Part shown: in pieces, positions 48,811-59,123 of the stretch | Numbering within the stretch: position 1 is the first letter of the stretch | Layout: the number at the start of each line of letters is the position of its first letter | NCBI GenBank assembly: GCA_037445735.1 | Contig: JBBIJY010000004.1 | Coordinates: forward strand, 32,001 to 96,000 | Source of the DNA: Armatimonadota bacterium | Lineage (GTDB): Bacteria > Armatimonadota > Fimbriimonadia > Fimbriimonadales > GBS-DC | DNA: 64,000 nt | Direction: 5' to 3' | The notes under the pieces: generated by a model | What the model was told of the DNA's origin: nothing | Seen by the model: the letters and a program-made list of their open reading frames with translations, nothing else | The model's database searches: none | Made by a program: the position numbers and the translations under genes

Positions 48811-50616
48811 GTGAAAACACGGAGGCGACGAATCTGGGCAAAACGCTGGAGCCTGGTGGGCGTCGTCAGCATGCTGCTGATGTGGCTGCTGACGCCGTTT
48901 GGCATACCACCTGCACGGGCACAGCTGGTGCAACTGCCGCGCATTGCGGTTATCGATTTCCAGAACAAAAGCGGCTACGGCGGTGCCAGCATCGCGCGCG
49001 CCGCCACCGACGCCGTTGCCAGCGAGTTCCAGAAAACGGGGCGCTACGAGGTGCTGGCGCGGGGCGAGATCGAACAGCAGCTCAAAGACCTCGATTTAGC
49101 TCCCCCGCTGAGCAAAACGGGCTACCTGCGACTGGGACGCGCCCTCCAGCTCGAATCGATTGTGGCGGGCGATGTGGAAGCCGTCACCTTCACTGGCTCC
49201 CCGAAGCAGGCACAGGTAACCCTCACGGTCAAGGTGATCGATGTGGCATCGGGTGAGCCGGTGAACGGCGCGGTCGTGACAGGCTCCAGCAACCCGCGCC
49301 CGGGCTACAGCGGCGACGACGATACCCTGGTGCTGGAGGCTGTGCGCAACGCCGCCTTCGAAGCGGTACGCACCATTCAGACCTACACCATCCCGGAAGC
49401 GACCGTGCTGACCACCCGCGCGGGCAAGGAGGTGCTGCTCAATCGTGGCATTCGCGGCGGGCTGAAGCCCGGCATGGAAATGATTGTTATCCGCAACGGC
49501 GAGGAAGTCGGGCGCATCCGCATCACCGAAGTGTCCGATAGCGACGCCGTGGGCGTGATCATCCAGTCGCTGCGCGGCATCCAGACCGAAGACAAAGCGC
49601 GTGCCGTGTTCGAAATACCCTCAGTCAAAATCAAAGCGGGCAAAGTGATCAAAGAGGAGCCACGCAGTCGCACGGAGCGCAATCGGGCGCTCAAAGCGCT
49701 GGGTCCAATCCTTGTGCTGGGGCTGATTGCGTTCGGCGTCGCACGCGCGGCATCAGGCGGCAACACACCCGTGCAGGATGTCATCGCCGAAGCGGGTGCC
49801 GACGGCAACTTCGAACCCTTCGTGCGGATCTCATGGAAGACCACCCTCTTCGCCAAGAGCAACCGCGACCAGATCCAGTGGCAAATCTACCGCTCCGACT
49901 TCATCGACATCGACGGCAACGGCAATATGATCCCGGTGGGTGTGGTGCCGGGCAATCAGCACTCCTTTATTGACACCACTGTGCCGCGCGTGGTGAACTA
50001 CGCCAGCCTGCCACGCGAGGGCAGTGAGGACCTGGGTCTGGAAGAGGTCGATACCGCGCCAGGCGTCGCGCCAGGACGATCCTACACTTACCAGCTGGCT
50101 CTGGTCTATCGTGAGGTGCGTGATGTGGCAGGTGGTGGCACGGGAGGCGGTGGCGGGCAGCAGCAGCAGGTAATCTTCCTGATGTCGGATCGGGTGCGTT
50201 CCGGGCAGGCGACCGTCATTCAGCCCGTGCAGCTGCTGACCCCTGTCCAGCGCAGCGAGGATGTGGACCCGAAAGACATCCTTTTCAGCTGGCTGGCGTC
50301 GGAGGGTGCCAACGCCTACCGCATCGAGGTCTCCACCGATCCCACCTTCCGCGACCGTAGCCGAACCTTCGTCTCGGCGGAGATCCTTTCCACAGCGGTG
50401 GGCGGTAGCCCCGTTAGCCCACCAGACCGAATCAATATTGAATCGGCGCTGCTGCAGCGGCTGGGGCTGGTGGGTCGGCGCGTCACGCTCTACTGGCGCG
50501 TGGGCGCCCGCAACCTGAACGATAACCCCGGTCCCATAGCGGGTCCAGGTGGTCTGCGCTATGTGTGGAGCCGACCGTTCGAGTTCACCACGCAGGAGCT
50601 GCCGCCACCACCCTGA
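48811..50616 (+). CDS. CsgG/HfaB-like domain protein with FlgT-C-like and fibronectin-like domains
   Basis: Signal peptide; IAVIDFQN..DAV..EF.KTGRYEV..R; LNRG..GLKPG..VGRIRITEV; internal hydrophobic helix. Confidence 0.7.
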   Translation: MKTRRRRIWAKRWSLVGVVSMLLMWLLTPFGIPPARAQLVQLPRIAVIDFQNKSGYGGASIARAATDAVASEFQKTGRYEVLARGEIEQQLKDLDLAPPLSKTGYLRLGRALQLESIVAGDVEAVTFTGSPKQAQVTLTVKVIDVASGEPVNGAVVTGSSNPRPGYSGDDDTLVLEAVRNAAFEAVRTIQTYTIPEATVLTTRAGKEVLLNRGIRGGLKPGMEMIVIRNGEEVGRIRITEVSDSDAVGVIIQSLRGIQTEDKARAVFEIPSVKIKAGKVIKEEPRSRTERNRALKALGPILVLGLIAFGVARAASGGNTPVQDVIAEAGADGNFEPFVRISWKTTLFAKSNRDQIQWQIYRSDFIDIDGNGNMIPVGVVPGNQHSFIDTTVPRVVNYASLPREGSEDLGLEEVDTAPGVAPGRSYTYQLALVYREVRDVAGGGTGGGGGQQQQVIFLMSDRVRSGQATVIQPVQLLTPVQRSEDVDPKDILFSWLASEGANAYRIEVSTDPTFRDRSRTFVSAEILSTAVGGSPVSPPDRINIESALLQRLGLVGRRVTLYWRVGARNLNDNPGPIAGPGGLRYVWSRPFEFTTQELPPPP

Positions 50617-50729
50617 GCGCAGTACGATTCTCAAGCCGTTTCGGGAGGTCTCTCCCGAAACGGCATACCCGTTTGAGCGTCAGAACAGATGAGAGTGCGA
50701 TTGGGAACCAATCGGGAGGGAAGCAACCG

Positions 50730-53669
50730 ATGAGATGGATGTGGCGACTGTGGCTTGGATGGGTGCTGATCGTGGGCTGCGCGGCAGCCCAGACGCTGAC
50801 ACCCAACGATGTGGTGCCTGGCGAGATTCTGCTGACGATGCGCGCGGGCAGCCCGATTGAGAAGGTGCGTGCGCTGGCAAACAGTGTGAATGCCGATTTG
50901 CGCCCGATCCGTGTGCCCGCCACCTATGTACTGCGCCTGCGCGACCAGCAGGGCGTAACGGACGCCGTGCTGCTGGAGCGGGTTCAGCGCGCAGTGGATC
51001 AGCTTAAACAGGATGCGGATGTGTTGTATGTCCGCCCGAACTACATCCGCCGACCTGCCGATATACCGAACGACCCGCGCTTTGGCGAGCAGTGGGCGCT
51101 CACTCTGATTCGGGCACCCGAAGCCTGGGATCAGGAGAAGGGGCAGGCGGGTGTTCGGCTCGCCATCATCGACACGAACTTTGACCGCAATCATCCCGAT
51201 TTGACCGCGCGTTTTGACCCCCTCTCGCGCAACTTTGTGGCAGACCCTCCCGATGACAATATTGGTCCTGATCCAGGGGTCTCTTTTTCTCATGGCACAG
51301 CGGTTATGGGTGTTGCGGCTGCCAGCACCAACAACGGGGTTGGCATTGCGGGGCTATGCTGGCAAGGGGTTACAGTCGTCGCCCTAACCACTACCAAGCA
51401 AGACACATTTCTACCGCTGGACAATATTCTGGAAGCCATGCAGCATGTGATCGACAATGCACGCGACAGTAGCGGCAATCAACAAATTCATGTGGTGAAC
51501 ATGAGTTTTGGCAGCTCCTTCCCTGACCCGCAGGAAAACAGCCTGATCCAGCAGATGTATCAGCGCGGGGTGGTGCCGGTCGCTGCTGCAGGGAATGAAA
51601 ACTCTTCCTCGCCGCTCTATCCTTCTGACTACGAGAACGTGATCAGGGTGTCCGCAGTTGGTCCATCCGGTCTGAAGGCATCCTACTCGAACTATGACCG
51701 CATCGATCTGGCTGCACCCGGCGGCGATTTCCAAACAAGTTTGCGTGACGGGATTCTCAGTACGGAAGTCGGCGGGCGTTATGAGTATAATGTGGGTACC
51801 TCCCTTGCCTCACCGTATGTGGCAGCAGCGGTGGCATTGTTGATCTCGGCTGGCGCGCCTGTGCATGACCCCAATCGGGACCCCATCCCCCCTGCCCAGG
51901 AGGCGCTGCAGGAGACTGCCAATACGATGCAGCGCACAGTGCCCGATCCCGAGCTGGGCTGGGGCATCATTGATGTGGGTTCCGCTATTCGGGGCTTCGG
52001 CGGCGCCAGCGTCACGATTGTAAGCCCCGCGAACAACACCTTCACCGACACCCGACGCATGCGAATCAATGTGGTTGTGCGTCGCAGCACGCTGCCCCAG
52101 ATTCGCCTCTTCTTCATGGGCGAGGAAATCCCGCGCTCGCAGTGGGAGCCGTTCGCAGGTGTCTCCAGCGATGGCAAAACCATCACCATTTCTGGCTATG
52201 AGCTGGTCGCGCCGGGTGAGGGGCGCTTCGAATTCACCGTAACAGCAGTGGGACAGGACGGCAATCCCGTGAGTGCGACCTCCACAATTACTGTGCGTTC
52301 CCGCCAGCAGCCAGCAGGTCTGGCGATGTTCGCCACACCCTATCGTGTGAGCGGGACACCCGAAGAGATTTTCGGCGCGGATGCGATTCTGGCGCGCTAC
52401 CTGCCGTCGCAGGGTCGCTACGCGCGCTACTCTGGCAGCGGCACACGCGAGCCGGAAGCGAGCTTCAATCCGCCGGGTGCGCGCGTGCGCCCTGAAGGGA
52501 GCGCGATTCCCACCCCGCCACGCGGACTGGGCTACTTCCTGCGCACGAACAGCCCCGCCTTCATTCTGGGTGACGAGTTCATCGATCCGAACACCGCCTA
52601 CCTGATCCCGCTGGAACCGGGCTGGAACATGATTGGCAACCCGTTCCCATTCCCGGTACCCTGGAGCGCGTGCGAGATTGAGGTGGAAGGGCAGGCAGGC
52701 GTGCGCCAGCGGTTCAGCATTCTGGAGGCTGCTGACAAAGAATATATTCGCCCGCAAATCTATCGCTATATCACGCTCACGGGCGAATACACATGGCGCA
52801 CGGCGCCGCTGGGCGAGCTGCTGCCCTGGCAGGCGCACTGGGTGCGGGCACTCAAACCCTGCACGCTGATTGTGCCGCCGCTGGGCACAACCCGCAGCCG
52901 TGACGAGTCAGCCTCCGGTAACCCGCGCGTTACACCGGACACGCGCGACGGCTGGCTGATCCGCCTCATCGCCCGCAGCGGCGATCGGGAAGACGCCAAC
53001 AACTTCATCGGAGTCAGCCTGCGCGCCCGCGACGAGATGGGCAGCGAAGATGTGGAGAAGCCACCGCTGTTCCAGTCATATGTGCAGCTGCGTGTAATCG
53101 AACCGCGCAGCCGCGCTGCGCTCGCGCAGGACCTGCGACGGGCTGCTAAACGCCGAATGCGCTGGGAACTGGAAATCACCACCGACAAGCCCAACGCGGA
53201 GGTCACACTCCGCTGGCAACAGGAGGTGCCGCTGCCAACCAGTATGCGACTGACGCTGGTGGATAGCCTCACAGGGCAGCGCATCTCGATGAATCGCCAG
53301 AGCGCGTACACCTTCCGCACCGATGAGAACAGCCGCCGGCGGTTTATTGTCGAGGCACACCCTGCACGCCTGAGCCAGCTGCGCATCACGAACTTCACCG
53401 TCGCCCGCACGCGCGGCAACCAGGTCACCATCCAGTACGCGCTGAACGCGGCCGCCAGCGTGCAGGTGCTGGTTCAGGATTCGGCGGGGCGAACGATTGC
53501 GCGTCTAACAGGCGGCACCCGCTCGGCAGGGCTGAACAGTGTTACCTGGACAGGGCGCACCGATTCGGGTATCGCCGTGCCACCAGGCACTTATCAGATT
53601 CAGATTATCGCGACGGGCGAGGAGGGCGACACAGCCCGCGCCGTGCGCCCGCTCGTCATGACCCGCTAA
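50730..53669 (+). CDS. Secreted S8 subtilisin-family protease with C-terminal FlgD-Ig module
   Basis: Catalytic triad IIDT, HGT, GTSLASP; oxyanion AAGN; WTGRTDSG..VPPGTY. Confidence 0.9.
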   Translation: MRWMWRLWLGWVLIVGCAAAQTLTPNDVVPGEILLTMRAGSPIEKVRALANSVNADLRPIRVPATYVLRLRDQQGVTDAVLLERVQRAVDQLKQDADVLYVRPNYIRRPADIPNDPRFGEQWALTLIRAPEAWDQEKGQAGVRLAIIDTNFDRNHPDLTARFDPLSRNFVADPPDDNIGPDPGVSFSHGTAVMGVAAASTNNGVGIAGLCWQGVTVVALTTTKQDTFLPLDNILEAMQHVIDNARDSSGNQQIHVVNMSFGSSFPDPQENSLIQQMYQRGVVPVAAAGNENSSSPLYPSDYENVIRVSAVGPSGLKASYSNYDRIDLAAPGGDFQTSLRDGILSTEVGGRYEYNVGTSLASPYVAAAVALLISAGAPVHDPNRDPIPPAQEALQETANTMQRTVPDPELGWGIIDVGSAIRGFGGASVTIVSPANNTFTDTRRMRINVVVRRSTLPQIRLFFMGEEIPRSQWEPFAGVSSDGKTITISGYELVAPGEGRFEFTVTAVGQDGNPVSATSTITVRSRQQPAGLAMFATPYRVSGTPEEIFGADAILARYLPSQGRYARYSGSGTREPEASFNPPGARVRPEGSAIPTPPRGLGYFLRTNSPAFILGDEFIDPNTAYLIPLEPGWNMIGNPFPFPVPWSACEIEVEGQAGVRQRFSILEAADKEYIRPQIYRYITLTGEYTWRTAPLGELLPWQAHWVRALKPCTLIVPPLGTTRSRDESASGNPRVTPDTRDGWLIRLIARSGDREDANNFIGVSLRARDEMGSEDVEKPPLFQSYVQLRVIEPRSRAALAQDLRRAAKRRMRWELEITTDKPNAEVTLRWQQEVPLPTSMRLTLVDSLTGQRISMNRQSAYTFRTDENSRRRFIVEAHPARLSQLRITNFTVARTRGNQVTIQYALNAAASVQVLVQDSAGRTIARLTGGTRSAGLNSVTWTGRTDSGIAVPPGTYQIQIIATGEEGDTARAVRPLVMTR

Positions 53670-53682
53670 TGGAGGAAAGACT

Positions 53683-56415
53683 ATGAGGCGGTTCTGCATA
53701 TCGGAATGGGTTTTAAGCGTTATGCTGGTCGTCATGAGCCTGACGCCTTTATGGGGGCAGCGCGTGTACGATCCCTTCAGCCTTGCAGGTTGCTGCTGCC
53801 CCACCGATCAGGGCACCTGCGTCGAGAGACCAGTCAGTGATGATTACTTCGATATCAGTGTAACAAATGGCGTGCTGGGTGCCACTTTGGGGATAGATGG
53901 AACAGTTCAGTGGAATACAGCTTGCTTCCCGATGACCAATACGCGGTGCATCACGCTGCAGGCAGAGGGCAGTATCCAGCTTGGAACCGCTGGCGGGACC
54001 AGCCTGCTGCGCAGTAATGATGATAATATCGCGATGACCTCTGGCTACCCATGGGCAGTCTATCCTGGTGGAATTTATATCAGCATGCAGGAACGGCGTG
54101 GGAACCAGACGCGCACCTTCGTGTGGGGACGCGAACAGGGCGCTCCCAGCCTGATTTTCGATCGTGCCTGGCCGGGCGCCAGCGGTGTCTATATTCGCCG
54201 CCAGTGGTATGTGGAAGGCTGGAACACCGACATGCGTATCGAGCTGATTCAGTCGGTGGCGCGAATCGAGCTGCGCGTGCGCAACACTGGCACCGAATCG
54301 GCGTCGCTAGCGCTGCGTATGGCGTCCGATGTGGAGGTGGGTGTCGAGGAAGGCGTGGACCCGAACGGCGCGTCGCGACCCCCCTATGTCTATGTGCAGG
54401 GTCAGCGCCCCATCAGGGTAGATACCGATCTGCGCGGCGTGCAGGTGCCGCCTGCGGTGGAGTTCTATCTCTCACGCGGCGATCTCAACGGCGCATCACG
54501 CTACATCCTGCGCCCGATGCCTGGCTTCGAAGATGCCACCCCCATCGACCGTCTGGTGTTCGGCGAGTGGTTCTTCATTCAGGCAACCACCAACTGGGAG
54601 CCGGTGCTGTTCCCCGACAGCTTTATCAGCGATGTGGCGATTAACATGTTTGTGAATCCGCGCAACTTCGCGCCGGGTCAAGAGCGTGTCTATGTGTTCT
54701 ATGTGATGCTGACCCCTGTGGATATCGATGTGCAGCCGCCCCTGGCGGTGGGTGTGGAAACCTTACCCGTGATTGAGCCGAATGAGCGCGACCTGTCCCA
54801 GCTGGCTAATGGAGGCGTGTTCGATGTGAATGTCTCGGTCACCAACATGTTCCATGTGGTGAACAAAGAGGTTGATCTCCGAAATGTGGCTGTCGATATT
54901 GCGCTGCCTTCAGGTTTGAGCCTTGCCCCGGGTGAAACGCGCACCAGGATTATTCCCAGCATTCCATCCGAGGCGACCCGACCCGTGAGCTGGCGGGTAA
55001 TTGCTGACCCGAAGGCGGTGGGCTTTGCCACCATTCGTGTCTCGGTGAATGCGCCGCCCGCGCCGCCCAAGACGGTCAGTCGCACCATCCTGATTTCCGC
55101 CACAGCGCGCCGCGAGCTGAAACGCGGATTCCAGATTATTTCTATCCCATTCACAACCACGGCGCCGCTGGTCGATGTGCTGGGTCTGCCAGAAGGCACT
55201 TACCTTGCCAAACGCTGGAACCCCAATCGGGAAGTGTACGAGACGGTGGATGTCCTGCAGCCTGGCATCGGCTTCTGGCTCTACCTGCCCAACGAGGGCA
55301 CGACCATCACCATGAACAATGTATCTTTCTCTTCCAGCATGGCTTTCACCACCGGCGTGCCCATCCGCCTCAGCCGCGGATGGAACCAGATTGGCAATCC
55401 CTACCCGTATCCGCTGGTGCTGGGGCAGATTGTGGTGGTGAGCGCGAGCGATCCACGCACCAGCCTCAGCTTCTTCGAAGCTGCCCAGCGTGGGGTCATT
55501 CGCGGCGTCATTTACTACTGGGACGAGTTCTCTGCCGAATATAAGTTCACTTCCGACCCCAACACACCCCTGATTCCGCACAGGGGCTACTGGATCAAGT
55601 GCAACGATGATATCGATCTGGTGTTCCCGCCGGTGTTCCTGCCGGGCACGGGGTTTGGCAGGTTGCCGAATCGGTCGGTCGATTCAGCGAATCGCCCCAA
55701 CGAGTGGCGTCTGCAGCTGATTGCCCGCACCGAGCGCGGCGAGGATAGTCAGAACTATATCGGCATCACCAGCGGTCGCTCGACGGGTGAGGTGGAGGAG
55801 CCGCCAGCACCATTAGCCGAGGTGCCCGTGCGCCTGACCATTCTCAAATCGGGCACGAACACGCCGCTGATGCAGGATGTGCGTCCTGCCTCCGCCACAC
55901 GCCACACCTTCGAACTGCTGGTGGAGGCGCCCGCGGGCACAGAAGTGAGCCTGCGTGCGCCCAATGTGCGCACCGTGCCGCGCACCTACCGCCTGCGCCT
56001 GACCGATCAAAGCACAGGGCGCACGGTCGACCTGCGCAACACGCCCGAATATCGCTTTACCTCCAGCGGGCGCAACCGATTCACGCTGAGTGTGGAGCGC
56101 GGCGTGCGCGGTAGCGCGCTTATCACCAGCATCAGCGTGGGCGCAGTGGGGCGCGGCGCGAACAGCGTCAGCATCTCCTATGTGCTGGCGCAGGACGCCC
56201 AGACCAATGTGCAGATTCTGGGCGCGGATGGACGCCTCATCGCCAGCCTGCAACAGGGACGCGCCGCCACACGCGGCGTGAACACTGTCGTCTGGAACCT
56301 GCGCGATAACGCCGGACGCGCGGTGCCACCCGGCACCTATCGCGTGCAGATCGAAGCCCGCGACTCCGACGGGCAAATCGCACGCGCGGTACGACCGCTG
56401 ATCGTAACGCGCTAA
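53683..56415 (+). CDS. Secreted beta-rich protein with C-terminal FlgD-Ig module
   Basis: Signal peptide; SD GGAGG; GWNQIGNPY; WNLRDNAGR.VPPGTY. Confidence 0.8.
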   Translation: MRRFCISEWVLSVMLVVMSLTPLWGQRVYDPFSLAGCCCPTDQGTCVERPVSDDYFDISVTNGVLGATLGIDGTVQWNTACFPMTNTRCITLQAEGSIQLGTAGGTSLLRSNDDNIAMTSGYPWAVYPGGIYISMQERRGNQTRTFVWGREQGAPSLIFDRAWPGASGVYIRRQWYVEGWNTDMRIELIQSVARIELRVRNTGTESASLALRMASDVEVGVEEGVDPNGASRPPYVYVQGQRPIRVDTDLRGVQVPPAVEFYLSRGDLNGASRYILRPMPGFEDATPIDRLVFGEWFFIQATTNWEPVLFPDSFISDVAINMFVNPRNFAPGQERVYVFYVMLTPVDIDVQPPLAVGVETLPVIEPNERDLSQLANGGVFDVNVSVTNMFHVVNKEVDLRNVAVDIALPSGLSLAPGETRTRIIPSIPSEATRPVSWRVIADPKAVGFATIRVSVNAPPAPPKTVSRTILISATARRELKRGFQIISIPFTTTAPLVDVLGLPEGTYLAKRWNPNREVYETVDVLQPGIGFWLYLPNEGTTITMNNVSFSSSMAFTTGVPIRLSRGWNQIGNPYPYPLVLGQIVVVSASDPRTSLSFFEAAQRGVIRGVIYYWDEFSAEYKFTSDPNTPLIPHRGYWIKCNDDIDLVFPPVFLPGTGFGRLPNRSVDSANRPNEWRLQLIARTERGEDSQNYIGITSGRSTGEVEEPPAPLAEVPVRLTILKSGTNTPLMQDVRPASATRHTFELLVEAPAGTEVSLRAPNVRTVPRTYRLRLTDQSTGRTVDLRNTPEYRFTSSGRNRFTLSVERGVRGSALITSISVGAVGRGANSVSISYVLAQDAQTNVQILGADGRLIASLQQGRAATRGVNTVVWNLRDNAGRAVPPGTYRVQIEARDSDGQIARAVRPLIVTR

Positions 56416-56470
56416 AGTTGACGGGGGTAGCCGTCAAAGCTGCCCCCAAACCGAACAGGGAGGCAAATCG

Positions 56471-57157
56471 GTGAAACGGACTGTTCTGACCGGGGCACTC
56501 ATGATTCTGCTGCTCGCATGCGCGTTCGCCAGCACGCGCGAGCTGGTCATCTTCCCCTTCGGCATGAGCAGCGGCGTGCAGCAGCCGCAGGATTTCAACC
56601 TGAATACGGAGCTGACGAACGCGCTCTACGCCCAGCTGAAGGCGATCCCTGACCTGTATGTGATGCGCTTCAAGGAGACGAACCCCGCGGTGCGCCGTGC
56701 GCTGGATGAGAACCGCCTGCGCCGCGACCGTCTGAACCCGCCCTTTAATGTGCGTGAGGCGGACGGCACATGGCGCTCCGCCCGAATCGGGCAGATTCTG
56801 GGTGTGACCTACGCGCTGGCAGGCACCATCGAAGAGTTCCGCTATGACCCCAATACCCGAACGGCAACCATCACGGTGAGCCTGGACCTGGTGCAGGTGT
56901 CGGACGGCGCCGTGCTGGTCTCACTGGCGGAGACGGGTCAGGGACGCCTGAGCGGCGATGACCCGAACACTGCCTATATAGCCGCGATTGCCGATGTCGC
57001 TAAGAAGCTGGGTGCGTCGTTGCAGCAGCGGTTGACCCCACCGGCGCCTGCCGAGCCACCCAGAACACCGAAAGCGTCCACCCGTCGCACGGAACGAGCC
57101 GCTGCTGCCCTTTTCGGATTGCTGATCTTGGTGGGGTTACGGCTCACCGTTTTCTAA
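56471..57157 (+). CDS. CsgG/TolB-N-like domain protein with C-terminal hydrophobic anchor
   Basis: Signal peptide (AFA); LVIFPF..RIGQILGV.YALAGTIEEF..ITVSLDLVQVSDG. Confidence 0.6.
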   Translation: MKRTVLTGALMILLLACAFASTRELVIFPFGMSSGVQQPQDFNLNTELTNALYAQLKAIPDLYVMRFKETNPAVRRALDENRLRRDRLNPPFNVREADGTWRSARIGQILGVTYALAGTIEEFRYDPNTRTATITVSLDLVQVSDGAVLVSLAETGQGRLSGDDPNTAYIAAIADVAKKLGASLQQRLTPPAPAEPPRTPKASTRRTERAAAALFGLLILVGLRLTVF

Positions 57158-57160
57158 CGC

Positions 57161-59107
57161 ATGCGAATCGGGTTGTTGTGCAGGGCGCGTTTGAGCTGGG
57201 CAGGGAGTCTATGGCTGGCTCTCTGCCTGCTTGCTCATGGCGGTTCAGGCACCATTCGGCTCACGGCATATCCCACCGCGCTCGTGGCGGATGGGGCATC
57301 GTCCATCACGCTGACAGCCGAGGTACGCACCGCGCAGGGCAAACCGGTGCCTGACGGCACCCAGATCACTTTCAGCACCACGCTGGGCACGCTGCGCGAA
57401 TCGGTGGTTCCTACTGAAGGCGGTGTGGCGCGCGCGACGCTGATTGCCAGCCAGCTGCCCGGCGTCGCGCTTGTCACCGCCACCGCGCTGGGGCAGGGGC
57501 TTGTGGCGCAAACGCAGGTGATGATGGTGCGCGACGCCAGCGAACTGCGCACCGCCACCGACTATGTGCAGGTGACCGCCCCCGACTATCTGGCTTACGC
57601 GAACGAACAGCGCGTGATTGCCGCCAGCGGGCGCGACAAAGGCGCAACCATCCAGTACGGCTTCATCCGAATCGAAGCCGACGACCTGCAACTGCTGGTG
57701 GACGACCTGCAGGTGAAAGCCCGCAACGCGGCGCTCCAGTATGGACCTGCCGCGCTCAGCTTCGATGAGCTTGCCTTCAACCTGCGCACGGGCGACGGTT
57801 ATGGAACGGTTCAGCAGGAGGGGCGATGGCAGGTGATGCGCGTTCAGGGCGCTCAGGCGACCCCTGTGCAGGCGCCGCTTCCACCAGAGATGTTTCGCTT
57901 CGAGGACATCTCCCAATCGGAGATGGTCATCAAGGCGGAGCAGATATGGTTCTATCCGGGCGAGCGACTGCAGTTCCATCGTGCCGATTTTTATGTGGGT
58001 GCAGTGCGGGTGATGAGCCTGCCGCTCTATTCGCACAGCCTGTGGGGGGGCGGTGTGGGCACCGATACCCTGATTGGCGTGCAGGGCGGTCAGCTCTATC
58101 TCGATCTGCCGTATTACTATGCGCTCAAGCCGGGTCAGGTAGGCGCGTTGCGGTTGCGCACGGCGCAGCGGGGCGGTCGCGGCGTCAGCAGCGCGCGCGG
58201 GCTGTTCCTGGATCTGGAGCATGAGTACCGTTTCGGGCTGGGCAGGGGGAGTTTCACGCTGTCCAGCCTTGCCCGTGAGGATTGGGGCGTCAGCTGGCGC
58301 CACTATCAGCCGCTGGGCGCGTCGATGCGCCTGAACCTGTGGCTCGACTCGCCCGCGCACAGGGGTCTGTTCGCCTCCGCGCAGCTGTCGCATCAGGGCA
58401 GGGGCTACTCCACCGGGCTGACGCTCGCGGGCAGCACCTTCTGGGAGGGCACTCGCGCCCGCACCCTGCGCACCGAGTTCTATGTGGAGAGCAACCCGCG
58501 CAAGGTGACTAACTGGCCGCTGCGCCAGAGCGTCTCGCTGAATCTCAGCTCCGCGCGCACGCACCTGAGCGGTTCATCGGGCACGCGGCGCGACGGGGTG
58601 GGACTGCGCGCCCGCTGGACGCTCGTGCCGCTCGATCTGGACAGCCGTACCACACTGACAGGCGGGTTGAGCATCGGGCGCTTTCTGGGCAACCTGCCGA
58701 ACGCAGGCTGGGAACTGCTCGGCTCGCTGGGCATCTCGCATACGCTGGGCAGCGGCGCCCTCACGCTCACCTACGACTACGCGCAGGACCCGCTCGGCAT
58801 CAACCTGCTGGGACAGCACCGGCTGTCGGGCAGCCTCAACTGGGCAATTGGCGACCGCCTCTACGCCACCGCCTATGGCAGCCGCTCACTCGATCGGGAC
58901 GCCACCAGCCTCATCGCCGACCTCTCATGGCGGCTGGGCACACGCTGGCGCATCGGCACGGGCATCACCTGGCAGCAGTTTCACGGCTCCGCTTTCCGCG
59001 ACCAGACCTACACCATCGCCTATCGGCTCGGATTCCGCGAACTCGCGCTCACATGGTCCACTTTTAGCCGCCGCTGGAGCTTTGATCTGCTGACCGTTTT
59101 TTATTGA
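57161..59107 (+). CDS. Ig-like (Big_1/invasin) domain fused to a LptD-like jelly-roll and putative outer-membrane beta-barrel
   Basis: ADG.S.ITLTA.V...GKPVPDGT.I.FSTTLG..GVARATL; alternating amphipathic strands; aromatic C-terminus. Confidence 0.62.
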   Translation: MRIGLLCRARLSWAGSLWLALCLLAHGGSGTIRLTAYPTALVADGASSITLTAEVRTAQGKPVPDGTQITFSTTLGTLRESVVPTEGGVARATLIASQLPGVALVTATALGQGLVAQTQVMMVRDASELRTATDYVQVTAPDYLAYANEQRVIAASGRDKGATIQYGFIRIEADDLQLLVDDLQVKARNAALQYGPAALSFDELAFNLRTGDGYGTVQQEGRWQVMRVQGAQATPVQAPLPPEMFRFEDISQSEMVIKAEQIWFYPGERLQFHRADFYVGAVRVMSLPLYSHSLWGGGVGTDTLIGVQGGQLYLDLPYYYALKPGQVGALRLRTAQRGGRGVSSARGLFLDLEHEYRFGLGRGSFTLSSLAREDWGVSWRHYQPLGASMRLNLWLDSPAHRGLFASAQLSHQGRGYSTGLTLAGSTFWEGTRARTLRTEFYVESNPRKVTNWPLRQSVSLNLSSARTHLSGSSGTRRDGVGLRARWTLVPLDLDSRTTLTGGLSIGRFLGNLPNAGWELLGSLGISHTLGSGALTLTYDYAQDPLGINLLGQHRLSGSLNWAIGDRLYATAYGSRSLDRDATSLIADLSWRLGTRWRIGTGITWQQFHGSAFRDQTYTIAYRLGFRELALTWSTFSRRWSFDLLTVFY

Positions 59108-59123
59108 CGGGAGGGACTGCCCT

